Of a stretch of DNA of 64,000 bases, positions 27,809 through 37,857 are shown one piece after another. The DNA lies in IMG/VR virus record IMGVR_UViG_3300049924_000176, positions 1,329 to 65,328 of that record. One strand, written 5' to 3'. Source of the DNA: a virus (taxonomy: Duplodnaviria > Caudoviricetes). Positions within the stretch are counted from its first letter, which is position 1; the number at the start of each line of letters is the position of its first letter. Below the pieces are notes generated by a model. It searched no databases, was not told where the DNA came from, and saw only the letters and a program-made list of their open reading frames with translations. The position numbers and the translations under genes are program-made.

Positions 27809-30800
27809 TTGAAACACCTCTTTTTAGTATTGGGTATGGTGCTTCTGTTTGCGCTTCCTGCGCAGGCCATTACATTCTTCGACGAGGATTTTGAGTACGC
27901 GAACTCTACCGCGCTCAAGGCAGCTTGGCCATCAAGCTGTACTCCCACTCAACATGACGCCCAACTCACGACGAGCACTACACAATTCCATTCTGGATCG
28001 CGTTCTCTGAAATATACATATGTTGGTGATGCCTCAGGGCAAGCTAATAATTGTTTCATGGATAAATTCTATTCTGCTCGTACAGAAATATGGATACGAG
28101 AATGGATTTTTCTAGAGGCATTTAGTGGAATAGCGGCAGCCCCCACAAAGCATCTTTTCTCAGGTGGCACGTCGAATGGCCTGCCAACAGGCACAGACAC
28201 GTACCCAAATGGGTGGACAGAATTTAACTCGGCAGTGCAGTTAGGGTCACAGTGGCAAGGGTCTGGCGGCGAAGAAAACGTGAGGTATTTTGGAACTATT
28301 CCACAGGGGCAGTGGACGTGCGTAGAATGGCGTTTCAAAATGAATACGCCTGATGTGGCTGATGGAATACGGGAGCTATGGGTTAACGGTGTACAGCGAC
28401 AAAATCAAACGAATATGCTCATCAGGCGTACTGCGATTGTTATTAATGGAGTTACAGTTAATACATCCGCGTCTGTATTTAACAAAACTCGCCTATATAG
28501 GCAGCATGGTAATGGTGCAATTTATTTAGATGACTACGCAGTAGGTGATACACGTATTGGTTGTGGGGGTCCCCCACCTCCGGTGGATACTACTCCTCCA
28601 TTACCACCTACGAACCTATCAGGTAATGCAGCTACCAGTACGCTTACTTGGACTGCTGGCTCTGACCCAGGAAGCCCAAGTAGTGGGTATGTGGGTGTGC
28701 AAATTTTCCGTTGTACCCGCAACCCCGGTGATTGTACACCTAACGCACAGATTGCTGTGGTAAATGCCCCTACGACTAGTTATACTGACCTAACAGCTCA
28801 ATCTGGATTTACATATGATTATTACATACGCTCTGTGGATGGGATCGGGCTAGTCAGCCTATTTACATCTGAGGTTTCGCTAACCATTCCAACAACCAAC
28901 AGGCGGGTGCTATTTACCGATCTTTTTAATCGTGCTGACAATGCTAGTATTGGTGCGTCCTACAACAATGGCACCTACACAGGTAGCTTCGCCTTTAAGA
29001 TTGCAGGCGCTAGGCTAGCCCCCACTACTGCCACACAAAACAATCACATTGCAAGCTACACAACTGCTATACCCAACGACCAGTGGGGTTCTATTCGTGT
29101 GTCTGATGGCGTGAGTGCTACGGACAACTTCTACGTGCTGATGCGCATGTCTGCCCCTGCCACCTGGAACGGGTATGAATGCGCTATTGTGAACTCAACC
29201 ACTGGTAGGCTTGGACGTACTGACGCGGGTGTGCGCACAGTACTATCTACCAATACGTTATCTACCCCATTCGTTATAGGCGATAGGTTGCGTGGTGAGT
29301 CAGTTGGTACTACCCACCGATGCTATGTTATTCGTACTAATGCCCAGGGGCAACAAACTGAGGAATTGGTAGCCACAGCATCAGACGGTACTTACGCATC
29401 TGGTATCATGGGTATACGGGTTGCTGCTGATGCACTCCCCTCTATTCGCATTGACGAGTTCCTCGTGGGTGACTTTACTGGGGTTGTGGACTCATCTATT
29501 ACACATGATAGTACTGCAACATCTGCTGTAGCGAATACAGCCACATCACTCAACTGGGTACATACAGTCGGCACGTCTAGTAATCGTATCCTGACTGCGT
29601 GCCTACAAACACGTAACCTTAATTCTGCTGTGACAGTTAATAGTGTGACTGCAAATGGTATAGGATTTGCTAAGTTCCGTGAAGATACACGAGTAGTGGG
29701 TACTAGCAGTATTCATACATCACTCTGGAGGCAGATTAATCCTATTCCAGGGGCAAACACCATCACAGCTACTTTCTCGGCTGCACCCTCATCCTATGCT
29801 GTAGGTTCTACTTCTAGCTTCTTTGGGGCTGAGCAAGTTACACCTATAGATGCTGTGGGTGGAGCGAATGGTACGGGTACAGCGATATCACTACCAATTA
29901 CTACAACTGTAGCAAATACATTAGCAGTAGATTGCGTGCTATCTCTAGACCCCCTATCCTCAGCAGGTGGGTCGCAAGCTGTGTTGCGTAACAATGCCAC
30001 AACCACGAACAATGATGGTATTGGTTCGTCACGGAAGACTATTGCAGCAGCGGGTGCTACCACTACGACATGGACTAACTCAACCGCTACTGATTGGGTT
30101 GGTAGCGTAATTGCCATTAAACCAGCGCAGGTGAATAACCTTCAGCGCCCCATGGTATTGACAGGCCAAGTTACGGCTTCTGGTGCGACTGGGCTTTCTT
30201 ATAGTACTACACCTCCCACTGCCTTGAAAGTCGTATATGGGCCTAATTCTGGCCTGAACACACAGGAGTTTAACGTACCTATAGCTAGTGTGCCTGGTGG
30301 TGTGTTGTCTTTTATTTGGCCTGCTTGTAGTGAGTTCGCGCAGATATTTGCAGTTGATGCGTTTGGGATCGTTAATGGGCAAAATCTAGAGTATCTGGCG
30401 CAATCGCTGATTGGTATTGCCCCTCCCTGTAATACAACCGCTGTAGTAATGACTAACCCGCAGCCATCGACGGAGCTACCTGCCGGTACTACAGCGGCAA
30501 CAATCTCCATGACCATCGACCAAACGCAGTCCATCCGTGAATGTCGGTGGAGTGACACAGATCAGGCCTATGATTCGATGTCTACGAGCAACCAGATGAC
30601 GATAAATGGGACATTTGCATCGGCTACTAAGACTGGGCTATCGAACGGTCAAAGTTATACGGTCTACAGGACGTGTATTGTTAGGGATGCCACAGGTGAA
30701 GTTGTCGCAGAATCGGCAGCTCGCTCCGCTAGCACATTTACAGTTGCTAATTCAACCGGAGATACTACTCCCCCTGCTAATGTCACCAATGTTGTGTGCC

Positions 30801-31438
30801 TAGCGAATGGTACGCAGGCAGATTGTACACACTCTGCTGCTACTGATGCAGTCAGTTATATTGCATACATATCCAGTGGTGCGTGTTCTACATATAATGT
30901 AGCTCTCACCTATGTTGCGACTTCATTTACGATACCCAATCTAAGCCCGCTACAAACGTATTGTATCAAAGTGAAGGCTGTGGATGTGGTAGGTAACTTG
31001 AGTGCGGCAGATAGTAACATCTCTACGTTTCTCATGCCAGCTCTCACTGATGTGACTCCACCAGGGAATGTACCATCACTTGCTATCCAACCCTTTGCAA
31101 CTAGTGTGCAGGCATTGTTTGGTGTGGGGGCTGACGCAGTGAGCACGACAATTGAGTATTGCAGTGGGGCAGGGTGTGAGCCAGGCGCATTCTCCAAAAC
31201 TGGGATAGCTTCACCTATTACTATAGAAGGGCTGACTGAGGGCGCAACCTACAGGTTTACTGCTTACCATACTGACGCAGCAGGTAACAATAGTGTGAGC
31301 AAATACACAATCATTGAGATTGTTACTCCTTCTACTGGTTTGAATGAAGGGCGTATACCAGTGCCATTTGGTTCTACCCGCCCGGATGGGAGCGGTAGAG
31401 CTAATTCAGGAACTCGCTTAGGAGGGAGTCATAAATGA
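27809..31438 (+). CDS. Large (about 1210 aa) multidomain protein: signal peptide, lectin/polysaccharide-lyase-like domain, several FN3-like repeats
   Basis: TTG start gives MKHLFLVLGMVLLFALPAQA; GQWTCVE..KMNT...DG..ELWVNG; repeated DTTPP motifs with Y.Y..R/K.VD..G. Confidence 0.75.
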   Translation: MKHLFLVLGMVLLFALPAQAITFFDEDFEYANSTALKAAWPSSCTPTQHDAQLTTSTTQFHSGSRSLKYTYVGDASGQANNCFMDKFYSARTEIWIREWIFLEAFSGIAAAPTKHLFSGGTSNGLPTGTDTYPNGWTEFNSAVQLGSQWQGSGGEENVRYFGTIPQGQWTCVEWRFKMNTPDVADGIRELWVNGVQRQNQTNMLIRRTAIVINGVTVNTSASVFNKTRLYRQHGNGAIYLDDYAVGDTRIGCGGPPPPVDTTPPLPPTNLSGNAATSTLTWTAGSDPGSPSSGYVGVQIFRCTRNPGDCTPNAQIAVVNAPTTSYTDLTAQSGFTYDYYIRSVDGIGLVSLFTSEVSLTIPTTNRRVLFTDLFNRADNASIGASYNNGTYTGSFAFKIAGARLAPTTATQNNHIASYTTAIPNDQWGSIRVSDGVSATDNFYVLMRMSAPATWNGYECAIVNSTTGRLGRTDAGVRTVLSTNTLSTPFVIGDRLRGESVGTTHRCYVIRTNAQGQQTEELVATASDGTYASGIMGIRVAADALPSIRIDEFLVGDFTGVVDSSITHDSTATSAVANTATSLNWVHTVGTSSNRILTACLQTRNLNSAVTVNSVTANGIGFAKFREDTRVVGTSSIHTSLWRQINPIPGANTITATFSAAPSSYAVGSTSSFFGAEQVTPIDAVGGANGTGTAISLPITTTVANTLAVDCVLSLDPLSSAGGSQAVLRNNATTTNNDGIGSSRKTIAAAGATTTTWTNSTATDWVGSVIAIKPAQVNNLQRPMVLTGQVTASGATGLSYSTTPPTALKVVYGPNSGLNTQEFNVPIASVPGGVLSFIWPACSEFAQIFAVDAFGIVNGQNLEYLAQSLIGIAPPCNTTAVVMTNPQPSTELPAGTTAATISMTIDQTQSIRECRWSDTDQAYDSMSTSNQMTINGTFASATKTGLSNGQSYTVYRTCIVRDATGEVVAESAARSASTFTVANSTGDTTPPANVTNVVCLANGTQADCTHSAATDAVSYIAYISSGACSTYNVALTYVATSFTIPNLSPLQTYCIKVKAVDVVGNLSAADSNISTFLMPALTDVTPPGNVPSLAIQPFATSVQALFGVGADAVSTTIEYCSGAGCEPGAFSKTGIASPITIEGLTEGATYRFTAYHTDAAGNNSVSKYTIIEIVTPSTGLNEGRIPVPFGSTRPDGSGRANSGTRLGGSHK

Positions 31439-32076
31439 TTCTCGCAAAGCTTAGTCTAGCCCTAGTGGTGTTACTACTAAGTGTAAGCCAAGCCTATGCT
31501 GACTTTCGTGTATATCTAGTGCCAGTTATAGTAAATGGAGCTGGTGATAGAGCCCCAAAGTATTTCACTACTATGAGTGAAGTGAAGTATGGTACTATCT
31601 ATTATGGAACTGAAAACTGGGTATTAGTGGGGTCAGACTTATCCACAAGCGATGACGCGGCGGTGGTTGCGGCTCCTGATGCGTTCGCATTACCCTTCAA
31701 TCTAGACCGAACACTTACAGCAGGTCAGGTTACTAACGTACAGACGAAGCTAGAATCGGTCAATATACCAGCACATTGGGTTACAACTTCTCTAACCTGG
31801 AAACAGGTATTACGCACGATAGCTGGTATGAGTCTAGTACTTCAACGGTTAAGTGGAGTCAATGCCACAAACTTCTTTAGTGTTGCAGTCCTTAATAACA
31901 CGATTAGTTCCCTACCGGCTCAAGTGCGTACTGATCTAGTAGCAGCCGCAGCAGAACTGAACATCAATACAAGTGGTATTACAGGTACAACGACTATTCG
32001 AGAAGCCCTACGTATCGCTGGTGAGCAGTTACGGGGTAGTAGCCGGGAGATGGTCTTGTTCAAAATGCCGTTATAA
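31435..32076 (+). CDS. Hypothetical protein with Sec signal peptide
   Basis: MILAKLSLALVVLLLSVSQAYA (A-x-A site); coupled to the upstream gene. Confidence 0.7.
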   Translation: MILAKLSLALVVLLLSVSQAYADFRVYLVPVIVNGAGDRAPKYFTTMSEVKYGTIYYGTENWVLVGSDLSTSDDAAVVAAPDAFALPFNLDRTLTAGQVTNVQTKLESVNIPAHWVTTSLTWKQVLRTIAGMSLVLQRLSGVNATNFFSVAVLNNTISSLPAQVRTDLVAAAAELNINTSGITGTTTIREALRIAGEQLRGSSREMVLFKMPL

Positions 32077-32086
32077 TAGGAGTATT

Positions 32087-32422
32087 ATGCAGGGAGCAAC
32101 AACCAACCTACATCCAGAGTTAACTAAAATACTGCTAGAGCTTGAGAAGCGAATGGGGTTTGAACTCCATATTAATTCAGGTTATCGAGACCCTGAACAT
32201 AATACGGATGTAGGAGGTGTGGAGGGGAGTGAACATACATATGACCCTGCGGAAGGCGCTGATGTGTTCTGCCAGCGGTCTATCACACGCTTTAAAATGG
32301 TTCGTGAGTTGCTTGCAATGGGAGTGAGACGTATTGGGATAGGACAAACCTTCGTCCATGTAGGTATTGCCAAAGATAAACCTCAAGATGCTATGTGGCA
32401 CTACTACCCCACAAAGCCATAG
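32087..32422 (+). CDS. Endolysin, peptidase M15 family
   Basis: SGYRDPEHN..VGG...SEH.....GAD...FVHVG; TAGGAG RBS. Confidence 0.85.
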   Translation: MQGATTNLHPELTKILLELEKRMGFELHINSGYRDPEHNTDVGGVEGSEHTYDPAEGADVFCQRSITRFKMVRELLAMGVRRIGIGQTFVHVGIAKDKPQDAMWHYYPTKP

Positions 32423-32443
32423 ATAGGTGTTAGGAGAAAGGGG

Positions 32444-32641
32444 TTGTATGTGGGAGATATTCTCGACCTTGCTCATCGTCTTGATCTTAGCGCAGTCAAT
32501 ACTCTTTTATTGGCCGCGCTTTACTTCGTCATCCGGTACGGGCACCGACGTATCGTCTCTCTTGAAACCACCATCAACGCCCATTGCACCCGAATCTCCG
32601 TCCTTGAAACACGAGTATCAATTGAAGAACGTAACCATTGA
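32444..32641 (+). CDS. Holin/antiholin candidate (1 TM plus coiled coil)
   Basis: TLLLAALYFVI, then RISVLE; follows the endolysin. Confidence 0.5.
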   Translation: MYVGDILDLAHRLDLSAVNTLLLAALYFVIRYGHRRIVSLETTINAHCTRISVLETRVSIEERNH

Positions 32642-32655
32642 AATAGTAGAGGAAC

Positions 32656-32955
32656 GTGATGGACGAACCATGTCTGCCAAGTCATGACCACGTAGAGTTA
32701 GAGAAGTGCGCAGGAGCCAAGCGTAGGGATAGCTTCAAGATTGCCATGGGTACCATGGTGACGTTGGGGTTCTTCTCAGTACTCTACACACTCTTGCTAA
32801 CTACCGTAGAAGTGACTGGGGTGAAGGAAGCCTTGCTCATACTACTGGGTACATTGGGGGCAAAGTTTGGTACGGTAGTGGATTATGTGTTTGGTGGGAG
32901 TGCCGGGAGTGATGCGAAGAACCAGATCATTGAGCAAAATCTAGGCAAACAATGA
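32656..32955 (+). CDS. Holin candidate (2 TM)
   Basis: Two hydrophobic segments; VVDYVFGGSAGS..K motif. Confidence 0.6.
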   Translation: MMDEPCLPSHDHVELEKCAGAKRRDSFKIAMGTMVTLGFFSVLYTLLLTTVEVTGVKEALLILLGTLGAKFGTVVDYVFGGSAGSDAKNQIIEQNLGKQ

Positions 32956-33359
32956 AGGCAAAAAAGGGGTATCATTGGCAGTTACCAGAACAACACGCCC
33001 AAGTATTAAGTGATGCCTGGCGTGGTGTCTATATCAAGACCGACTGGTTTGAGATAGACGGGAATGCCAAACTCATTATATTAGCTAAGGGGTATGCTTG
33101 GGATGGGGCAAGTGGCATACCAGATGACCTGAAGGTAGTACGTGGGTCTGCCGTACATGATGCCCTCTATCAGGCTATGAGATTAGGTCTACTTGATCAT
33201 AACAAGTACCGCCTTCTGGCTGACCTGGAATTCAAGTATATCTGCCAGGATGCTGGTATGTCATGGTTACGGGCCCAGGTAATATACTTTGGTGTGCGGG
33301 CGCTTGCAAACTTTGCTGTAGATCCTTCACAAGAGTCTCGTGTTGTAGAGGTTCCGTAA
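32952..33359 (+). CDS. DUF1353-like protein
   Basis: GYAWDGAS...SAVHDALYQ...AD..F...C...GM...RA..IY.GVR. Confidence 0.75.
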   Translation: MKAKKGYHWQLPEQHAQVLSDAWRGVYIKTDWFEIDGNAKLIILAKGYAWDGASGIPDDLKVVRGSAVHDALYQAMRLGLLDHNKYRLLADLEFKYICQDAGMSWLRAQVIYFGVRALANFAVDPSQESRVVEVP

Positions 33360-33382
33360 CACTTAATGAGGGGGCCTAGGTA

Positions 33383-33748
33383 ATGAGGTATCTATTAGTT
33401 TTAGGTCTGGTTATAGCGAGTCTTACGGTGGTAAATCAAGCTAGTGCGGCTACGGTGAACCTAAAGTGGGATGCCAATACTGAGTCTGACCTTGCTGGTT
33501 ATAAGTTGTACCGAGCACCAGGGACCTGTGCTAATCCGGGGCCATTCGCGGTAGTAGGCACCTTTGGTCTCGTCACGACTGGTTCAAACACTGGCGTAAC
33601 TGATGGAACTTATTGCTATAAACTGACAGCCTTTGACAATGCCGTTCCCCCGAATGAGTCATTGTTTAGCAATACAGTAGGAACAGTGGTGAACCAAAAC
33701 CCTCCTGTAGCCCCAGTTGGTCTAGGCGTTGTCGGTGTCTTGCCATAG
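33383..33748 (+). CDS. Secreted single FN3-like domain protein
   Basis: Signal [22 protein letters not shown]; [17 protein letters not shown]...YCYKLTAFD...NES.FSN. Confidence 0.8.
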   Translation: MRYLLVLGLVIASLTVVNQASAATVNLKWDANTESDLAGYKLYRAPGTCANPGPFAVVGTFGLVTTGSNTGVTDGTYCYKLTAFDNAVPPNESLFSNTVGTVVNQNPPVAPVGLGVVGVLP

Positions 33749-33795
33749 GGGGCAAGTTTATAGGTGGGCATTGTTATAGAAAGAGATAGACTATT

Positions 33796-34311
33796 ATGAT
33801 ACAATTTATGGCCTATGCCGCAGCAGGTGGGCTACTGGTTGGTAGCCTCGGAACGTGGTATCTCACGGCTGAGTACAAGGATGCCCAGTGGGGTGCTGCC
33901 GTCAATGAGATCAAAATAGCTGCGGCCAACACCCTTAATGCAGAAGTTGATAGAGTCCGCCAAGTTGAGCGGGCTTCACAAGACCGTGTGCGTGAATTGG
34001 AGATGGAACATGAACAAGCCAGCGACACATTGGAAGCCTTGGAGCGTAGTAATCGGGATCTCGTTGCTAAGCTTGGCGGGATGCGCGACCCCGGACGTAG
34101 GCCAAGTCGTCCAAACCCCGTGCCCTCAACTGCCACCCAAGCCCAATGTCCTGAAGGAACCCCCAGTGGTGACACCGGGTTACTTTCAGCAGAGCTTACA
34201 GAAGCACTTATTGCAAAAGCAGCCCTAGCTGACCAGATGACTGAGTATGCCTGGGTAGGGTATAAGTGGGCAGTTGAGGTAGATGGAATGTATGCTGGAG
34301 TGAAAGAGTAG
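33796..34311 (+). CDS. Rz: Inner-membrane spanin (Rz-like)
   Basis: N-terminal TM, coiled coil, LRDPG-like motif; embeds a lipoprotein ORF. Confidence 0.8.
   Translation: MIQFMAYAAAGGLLVGSLGTWYLTAEYKDAQWGAAVNEIKIAAANTLNAEVDRVRQVERASQDRVRELEMEHEQASDTLEALERSNRDLVAKLGGMRDPGRRPSRPNPVPSTATQAQCPEGTPSGDTGLLSAELTEALIAKAALADQMTEYAWVGYKWAVEVDGMYAGVKE
34010..34228 (+). CDS. Rz1: Embedded outer-membrane spanin lipoprotein (Rz1-like)
   Basis: Alternate frame inside Rz; lipobox LAGC; Pro-rich tail PCPQLPPKP. Confidence 0.75.
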   Translation: MNKPATHWKPWSVVIGISLLSLAGCATPDVGQVVQTPCPQLPPKPNVLKEPPVVTPGYFQQSLQKHLLQKQP

Positions 34312-34317
34312 CACTAG

Positions 34318-35505
34318 ATGGCTGATAAATTTGTTCGCAAAAGTGCAACGGGAACAGGGAGCGGGGCTGACTGGACGAATGCCTATACGGACTTCAGCAG
34401 TGTGAGTTACACCGGCCTAGCCGGATTTACGTTGTGGGTCGCGGCAGGGAGCTACACCACAAATCTCCCGTATATGAACAACATCGACAACGTGACGATC
34501 AAGCGTGCCACAGTGGCAGAACATGGGTCGGCAAGTGGCTGGTCAGACAGCTACGACGGGCAAGTGACGGTTGATAGTTCGGATAGATTTCTCGACGCCG
34601 ATCTATGCGACAATTTTGTAATCGACGGTGTTTCTAATAATCCGTGGAAGTTTCGTATTGTAGGGGTTCGAGCCGCCAACGGGATGTTCCTGTTTGAAGG
34701 GGCTAGCTTTACAATGCGCAACATTGAAATGGATGGGAACTTTGAGTGGGGTTCTAACGAGGATGGTATACGAGGTGGGGGAATTGTAGATGGAATAATA
34801 GAACACTGTTATGTTCATGACTACCCCCATGGGCTACCTGGGCATAATGATATTATTCAGATTGGTGACGCGACCTCACTTATTTTGCGTTACAATATAT
34901 TTCGCAATGGTGGACAGCACGCCATTCTCGGAGCCTATGACTGGTATGGTGGGATCGTCAACAATCTCGAAATCTACTACAACGTCTTTTACAACACGAC
35001 TGACACCGGCACCTACGACACGGTGAGCTACAACACGCTGGTCTTCTACGGGACAAGTGGTACGCTCAAAATTGAGAACAACACGTTTGCGATTCGGTCT
35101 AGCTTAGGGTCTCGTGGTATTATTAATGACGTGCCAAATGCTGGCGGGAATGTCACATCAGGTAGGGTGTGGCGAAATAACATCTGCTACGACTGTAGCC
35201 TTGGCGACGTGGCCGCAAGTGGCACGAAATCAAATAACACCTACTACAACAGTAGCTCAACTGGTGAGTCCGGGGAACTACTGACCGACCCGCTATTTAC
35301 GAACTACGCAGCAAACGATTTTACATTACAGTCTGGGTCTCCAGCAATTGGATCTGGTATAGCTGCTGGGTATACAGTTGATATATTGGGTAATGCTGTA
35401 TCGAATCCCCCTGACAGAGGGGCGTATCAATTTAGTTCAGGTGGGGGTAGTTCTCCTTTAGCCGCAACAGCGTGTGCTATAGGGCGTTCATTGAGGCTTT
35501 ATTAA
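34318..35505 (+). CDS. Right-handed parallel beta-helix protein (pectin-lyase-like; tailspike-type)
   Basis: G.G.DW.NAY, Asn-ladder repeats, DFTLQSGSPAI..G, D.GAYQ. Confidence 0.75.
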   Translation: MADKFVRKSATGTGSGADWTNAYTDFSSVSYTGLAGFTLWVAAGSYTTNLPYMNNIDNVTIKRATVAEHGSASGWSDSYDGQVTVDSSDRFLDADLCDNFVIDGVSNNPWKFRIVGVRAANGMFLFEGASFTMRNIEMDGNFEWGSNEDGIRGGGIVDGIIEHCYVHDYPHGLPGHNDIIQIGDATSLILRYNIFRNGGQHAILGAYDWYGGIVNNLEIYYNVFYNTTDTGTYDTVSYNTLVFYGTSGTLKIENNTFAIRSSLGSRGIINDVPNAGGNVTSGRVWRNNICYDCSLGDVAASGTKSNNTYYNSSSTGESGELLTDPLFTNYAANDFTLQSGSPAIGSGIAAGYTVDILGNAVSNPPDRGAYQFSSGGGSSPLAATACAIGRSLRLY

Positions 35506-36209
35506 TGGCACTAACTTACCGCACAGAGAGTGGAACTGAGGAGTCCGGGTCATCAACTACGGTTGCCGTAACACAAACAAGCGTAGTGGCTGGGAGTCTC
35601 AAAATTGCTTGGGTGAAACATGAGGGGGGAACAGGTTCTATTACTTTGAGTGATGGTACTTCAGCATTCACTGGAGACACGTATCAGGGGCATTCCAATA
35701 CTGACTTAGGTGGTCAGTTTTTCTATCTATTATCTTCAGTCGCAAGTGGGTCAGTAACCTATACCGCAACATTTAATTCGGCCCGTACATTCAGATCCAT
35801 TATGGTATGGGAGTATACCTATTCTGGTACTGCATCATTCGACACGAGTAATCGCGCGCAGTCCTCATCTAGCGCGGCAGTAGCAAGCGGTAATATTACA
35901 ACAACTGGTACTGATGAAGTAGTGATTGGAAGTTATGGGGAATATAGTGCTCGCACAATCTCCTCCGCACAAATCAATGGGGTTGCCGCTGACCACACGC
36001 ACCAATTTACAACAATAAATTTTACTGCATCATGGGATCGTGTAGTCTCTAGCACATTTACAGGCGAAGCAACAGGTACTATCACAGGGGCAGAAGCCTG
36101 GCTGGGGCATATTATTGCCATTAAGGTCACGGCAGGTGGTGGGGGTGGCACAACAATTACTGGATTAGGCAGGCGGTTGCAAGGGTTCATCTATAGCCAA
36201 GGTGGGTAA
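35505..36209 (+). CDS. Ser/Thr-rich putative virion protein
   Basis: ATG overlaps the upstream TAA; beta-rich. Confidence 0.6.
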   Translation: MALTYRTESGTEESGSSTTVAVTQTSVVAGSLKIAWVKHEGGTGSITLSDGTSAFTGDTYQGHSNTDLGGQFFYLLSSVASGSVTYTATFNSARTFRSIMVWEYTYSGTASFDTSNRAQSSSSAAVASGNITTTGTDEVVIGSYGEYSARTISSAQINGVAADHTHQFTTINFTASWDRVVSSTFTGEATGTITGAEAWLGHIIAIKVTAGGGGGTTITGLGRRLQGFIYSQGG

Positions 36210-36786
36210 TGACTGGGAATGAGCTAGATGTCATCATGACAGCAAATCCCCCATGGAACCCCTCACATTCTATCGCTGAGTGGCTTCAAGGTACTGGGGC
36301 AAACGTGGTTGAATTACGTGCGAGGGTAGCGGCTTTACAACAAGATCTGGATAACGCAAAGAAGTCGCGAGCCCGACTTGTAGAGGCTATGGCGGAACTC
36401 CAAGCATTACTTGGGTTACCCTACCCAGACCCAGCACGTATTGTCCGTGATATAAAAAATCGTATAGGGAAATCATGATCTACGATTATATGTTGAAGCC
36501 GAAGGAGCAGACGTTCATCACCGAGAATTATGTGTCTTCACCACCTGCATTATGGATACATAACGAGCGTGGTGATGTGTTTACATTAGGGGCCGCTAGG
36601 TTGATGTATCAAGCCGATGCCCCACAAGGGGAGTTTGCATTCGAGATCATGAAAAATGGGAGCAACACCGGCACCTTTGCCAGCCGGATTGAACGTCGTA
36701 ATGGCAAGATACGCGCTTTTACACGCCAGGGTTGGCGCACCTGGACGGGCAACACGTTTGCCTAATCTTTAACCAAGGAGTGTGCC

Positions 36787-37275
36787 ATGGCCGCTTATTC
36801 TGTGAGTGCAACGAACGTGACAGTGAACACAGCCCCTCAAGCACTTGTGTTCGTCAACCCCGCAGCGTCCCCTAGCGCGGATTTGAGTTTCATTCGGTTC
36901 TGGGCTGGGCAAAGCAGCACGGCGACCAGTGCCCAACTCAATATCAAGATTGCAAGTAAGGTGACGGCATTCCCGACACTTACCAGCACAACCCCGACCA
37001 AAATGAACGTCACGGGCGTGGCTTCGGTGATTACGGGTGGTACCGCTGGTGCAGCCGGTACAGCGGGAACAAACAGCAGCGTGCTCGGTGCTGGTGCAGA
37101 AACCCTGATTTCAGGGGAAGCCTTCAACAACCTCAATGGATATCTGTGGGTGGCTACACCTAAAGAACTCATTAAGGCCAATGCAGGCTCCGCTTCTGGT
37201 GTAGGATTATTTCTGTTAACCGCGCCTTCGGCGCTAGGTAACTGGAATATGGGCTGTATTTACGAAGAACTGTAA
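36787..37275 (+). CDS. Putative virion protein
   Basis: AAGGAG RBS; Ala/Thr/Gly-rich; AFNNLNGYLW..TP.E. Confidence 0.55.
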   Translation: MAAYSVSATNVTVNTAPQALVFVNPAASPSADLSFIRFWAGQSSTATSAQLNIKIASKVTAFPTLTSTTPTKMNVTGVASVITGGTAGAAGTAGTNSSVLGAGAETLISGEAFNNLNGYLWVATPKELIKANAGSASGVGLFLLTAPSALGNWNMGCIYEEL

Positions 37276-37278
37276 ACC

Positions 37279-37857
37279 GTGGGAGTGCGTAGAGTACTAA
37301 ACGTGGGAGGCGGGGGGTCGCGAGACCTCCCGCCACTCTACCGTGGATGGGAACAGCAGGTGTTAGATATAGACCCTGCGGTGAACCCTGATGTGTGCTG
37401 CGATTGCACAGCCATGCACACCCTCAAAAGGAATCAGTATGATGCCGTCTTTAACAGTCACAACTTGGAGCATGTCTATCAGTACCAAGTGCCATTGGTT
37501 TTGGCTGGATTTCAACATGTACTCAAGCCGAATGGATTTGCCCATATTGCCGTGCCAGACATGGCCGCCTTGTGTGAAGCTATCGTATCAGGTCATCGAG
37601 ACCTGAACGATACCTGGTATGTATCAAGTGGTGGCCCGATTACATTTCATGATGTGATGTATGGTTGGGGTGCGCAGGTAAGTAAGGGTAATCATTACTA
37701 CGCCCATAAGACAGGCTTTACGGAAAAGATGTTGACCAAGGTGTTACTTGCGGCTAGGTTTACCCACGTCTATATGGCGCGGGATAATGGTAATCTAACA
37801 GCCTTTGCTTTTAAGGCTACCCCTACGCTTACGCAACGACGGGAGACGGGAATCTAA
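37279..37857 (+). CDS. Class I SAM-dependent methyltransferase
   Basis: VLNVGGG, LDID, SHNLEH, VLKPNG..IAVPD. Confidence 0.85.
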   Translation: MGVRRVLNVGGGGSRDLPPLYRGWEQQVLDIDPAVNPDVCCDCTAMHTLKRNQYDAVFNSHNLEHVYQYQVPLVLAGFQHVLKPNGFAHIAVPDMAALCEAIVSGHRDLNDTWYVSSGGPITFHDVMYGWGAQVSKGNHYYAHKTGFTEKMLTKVLLAARFTHVYMARDNGNLTAFAFKATPTLTQRRETGI

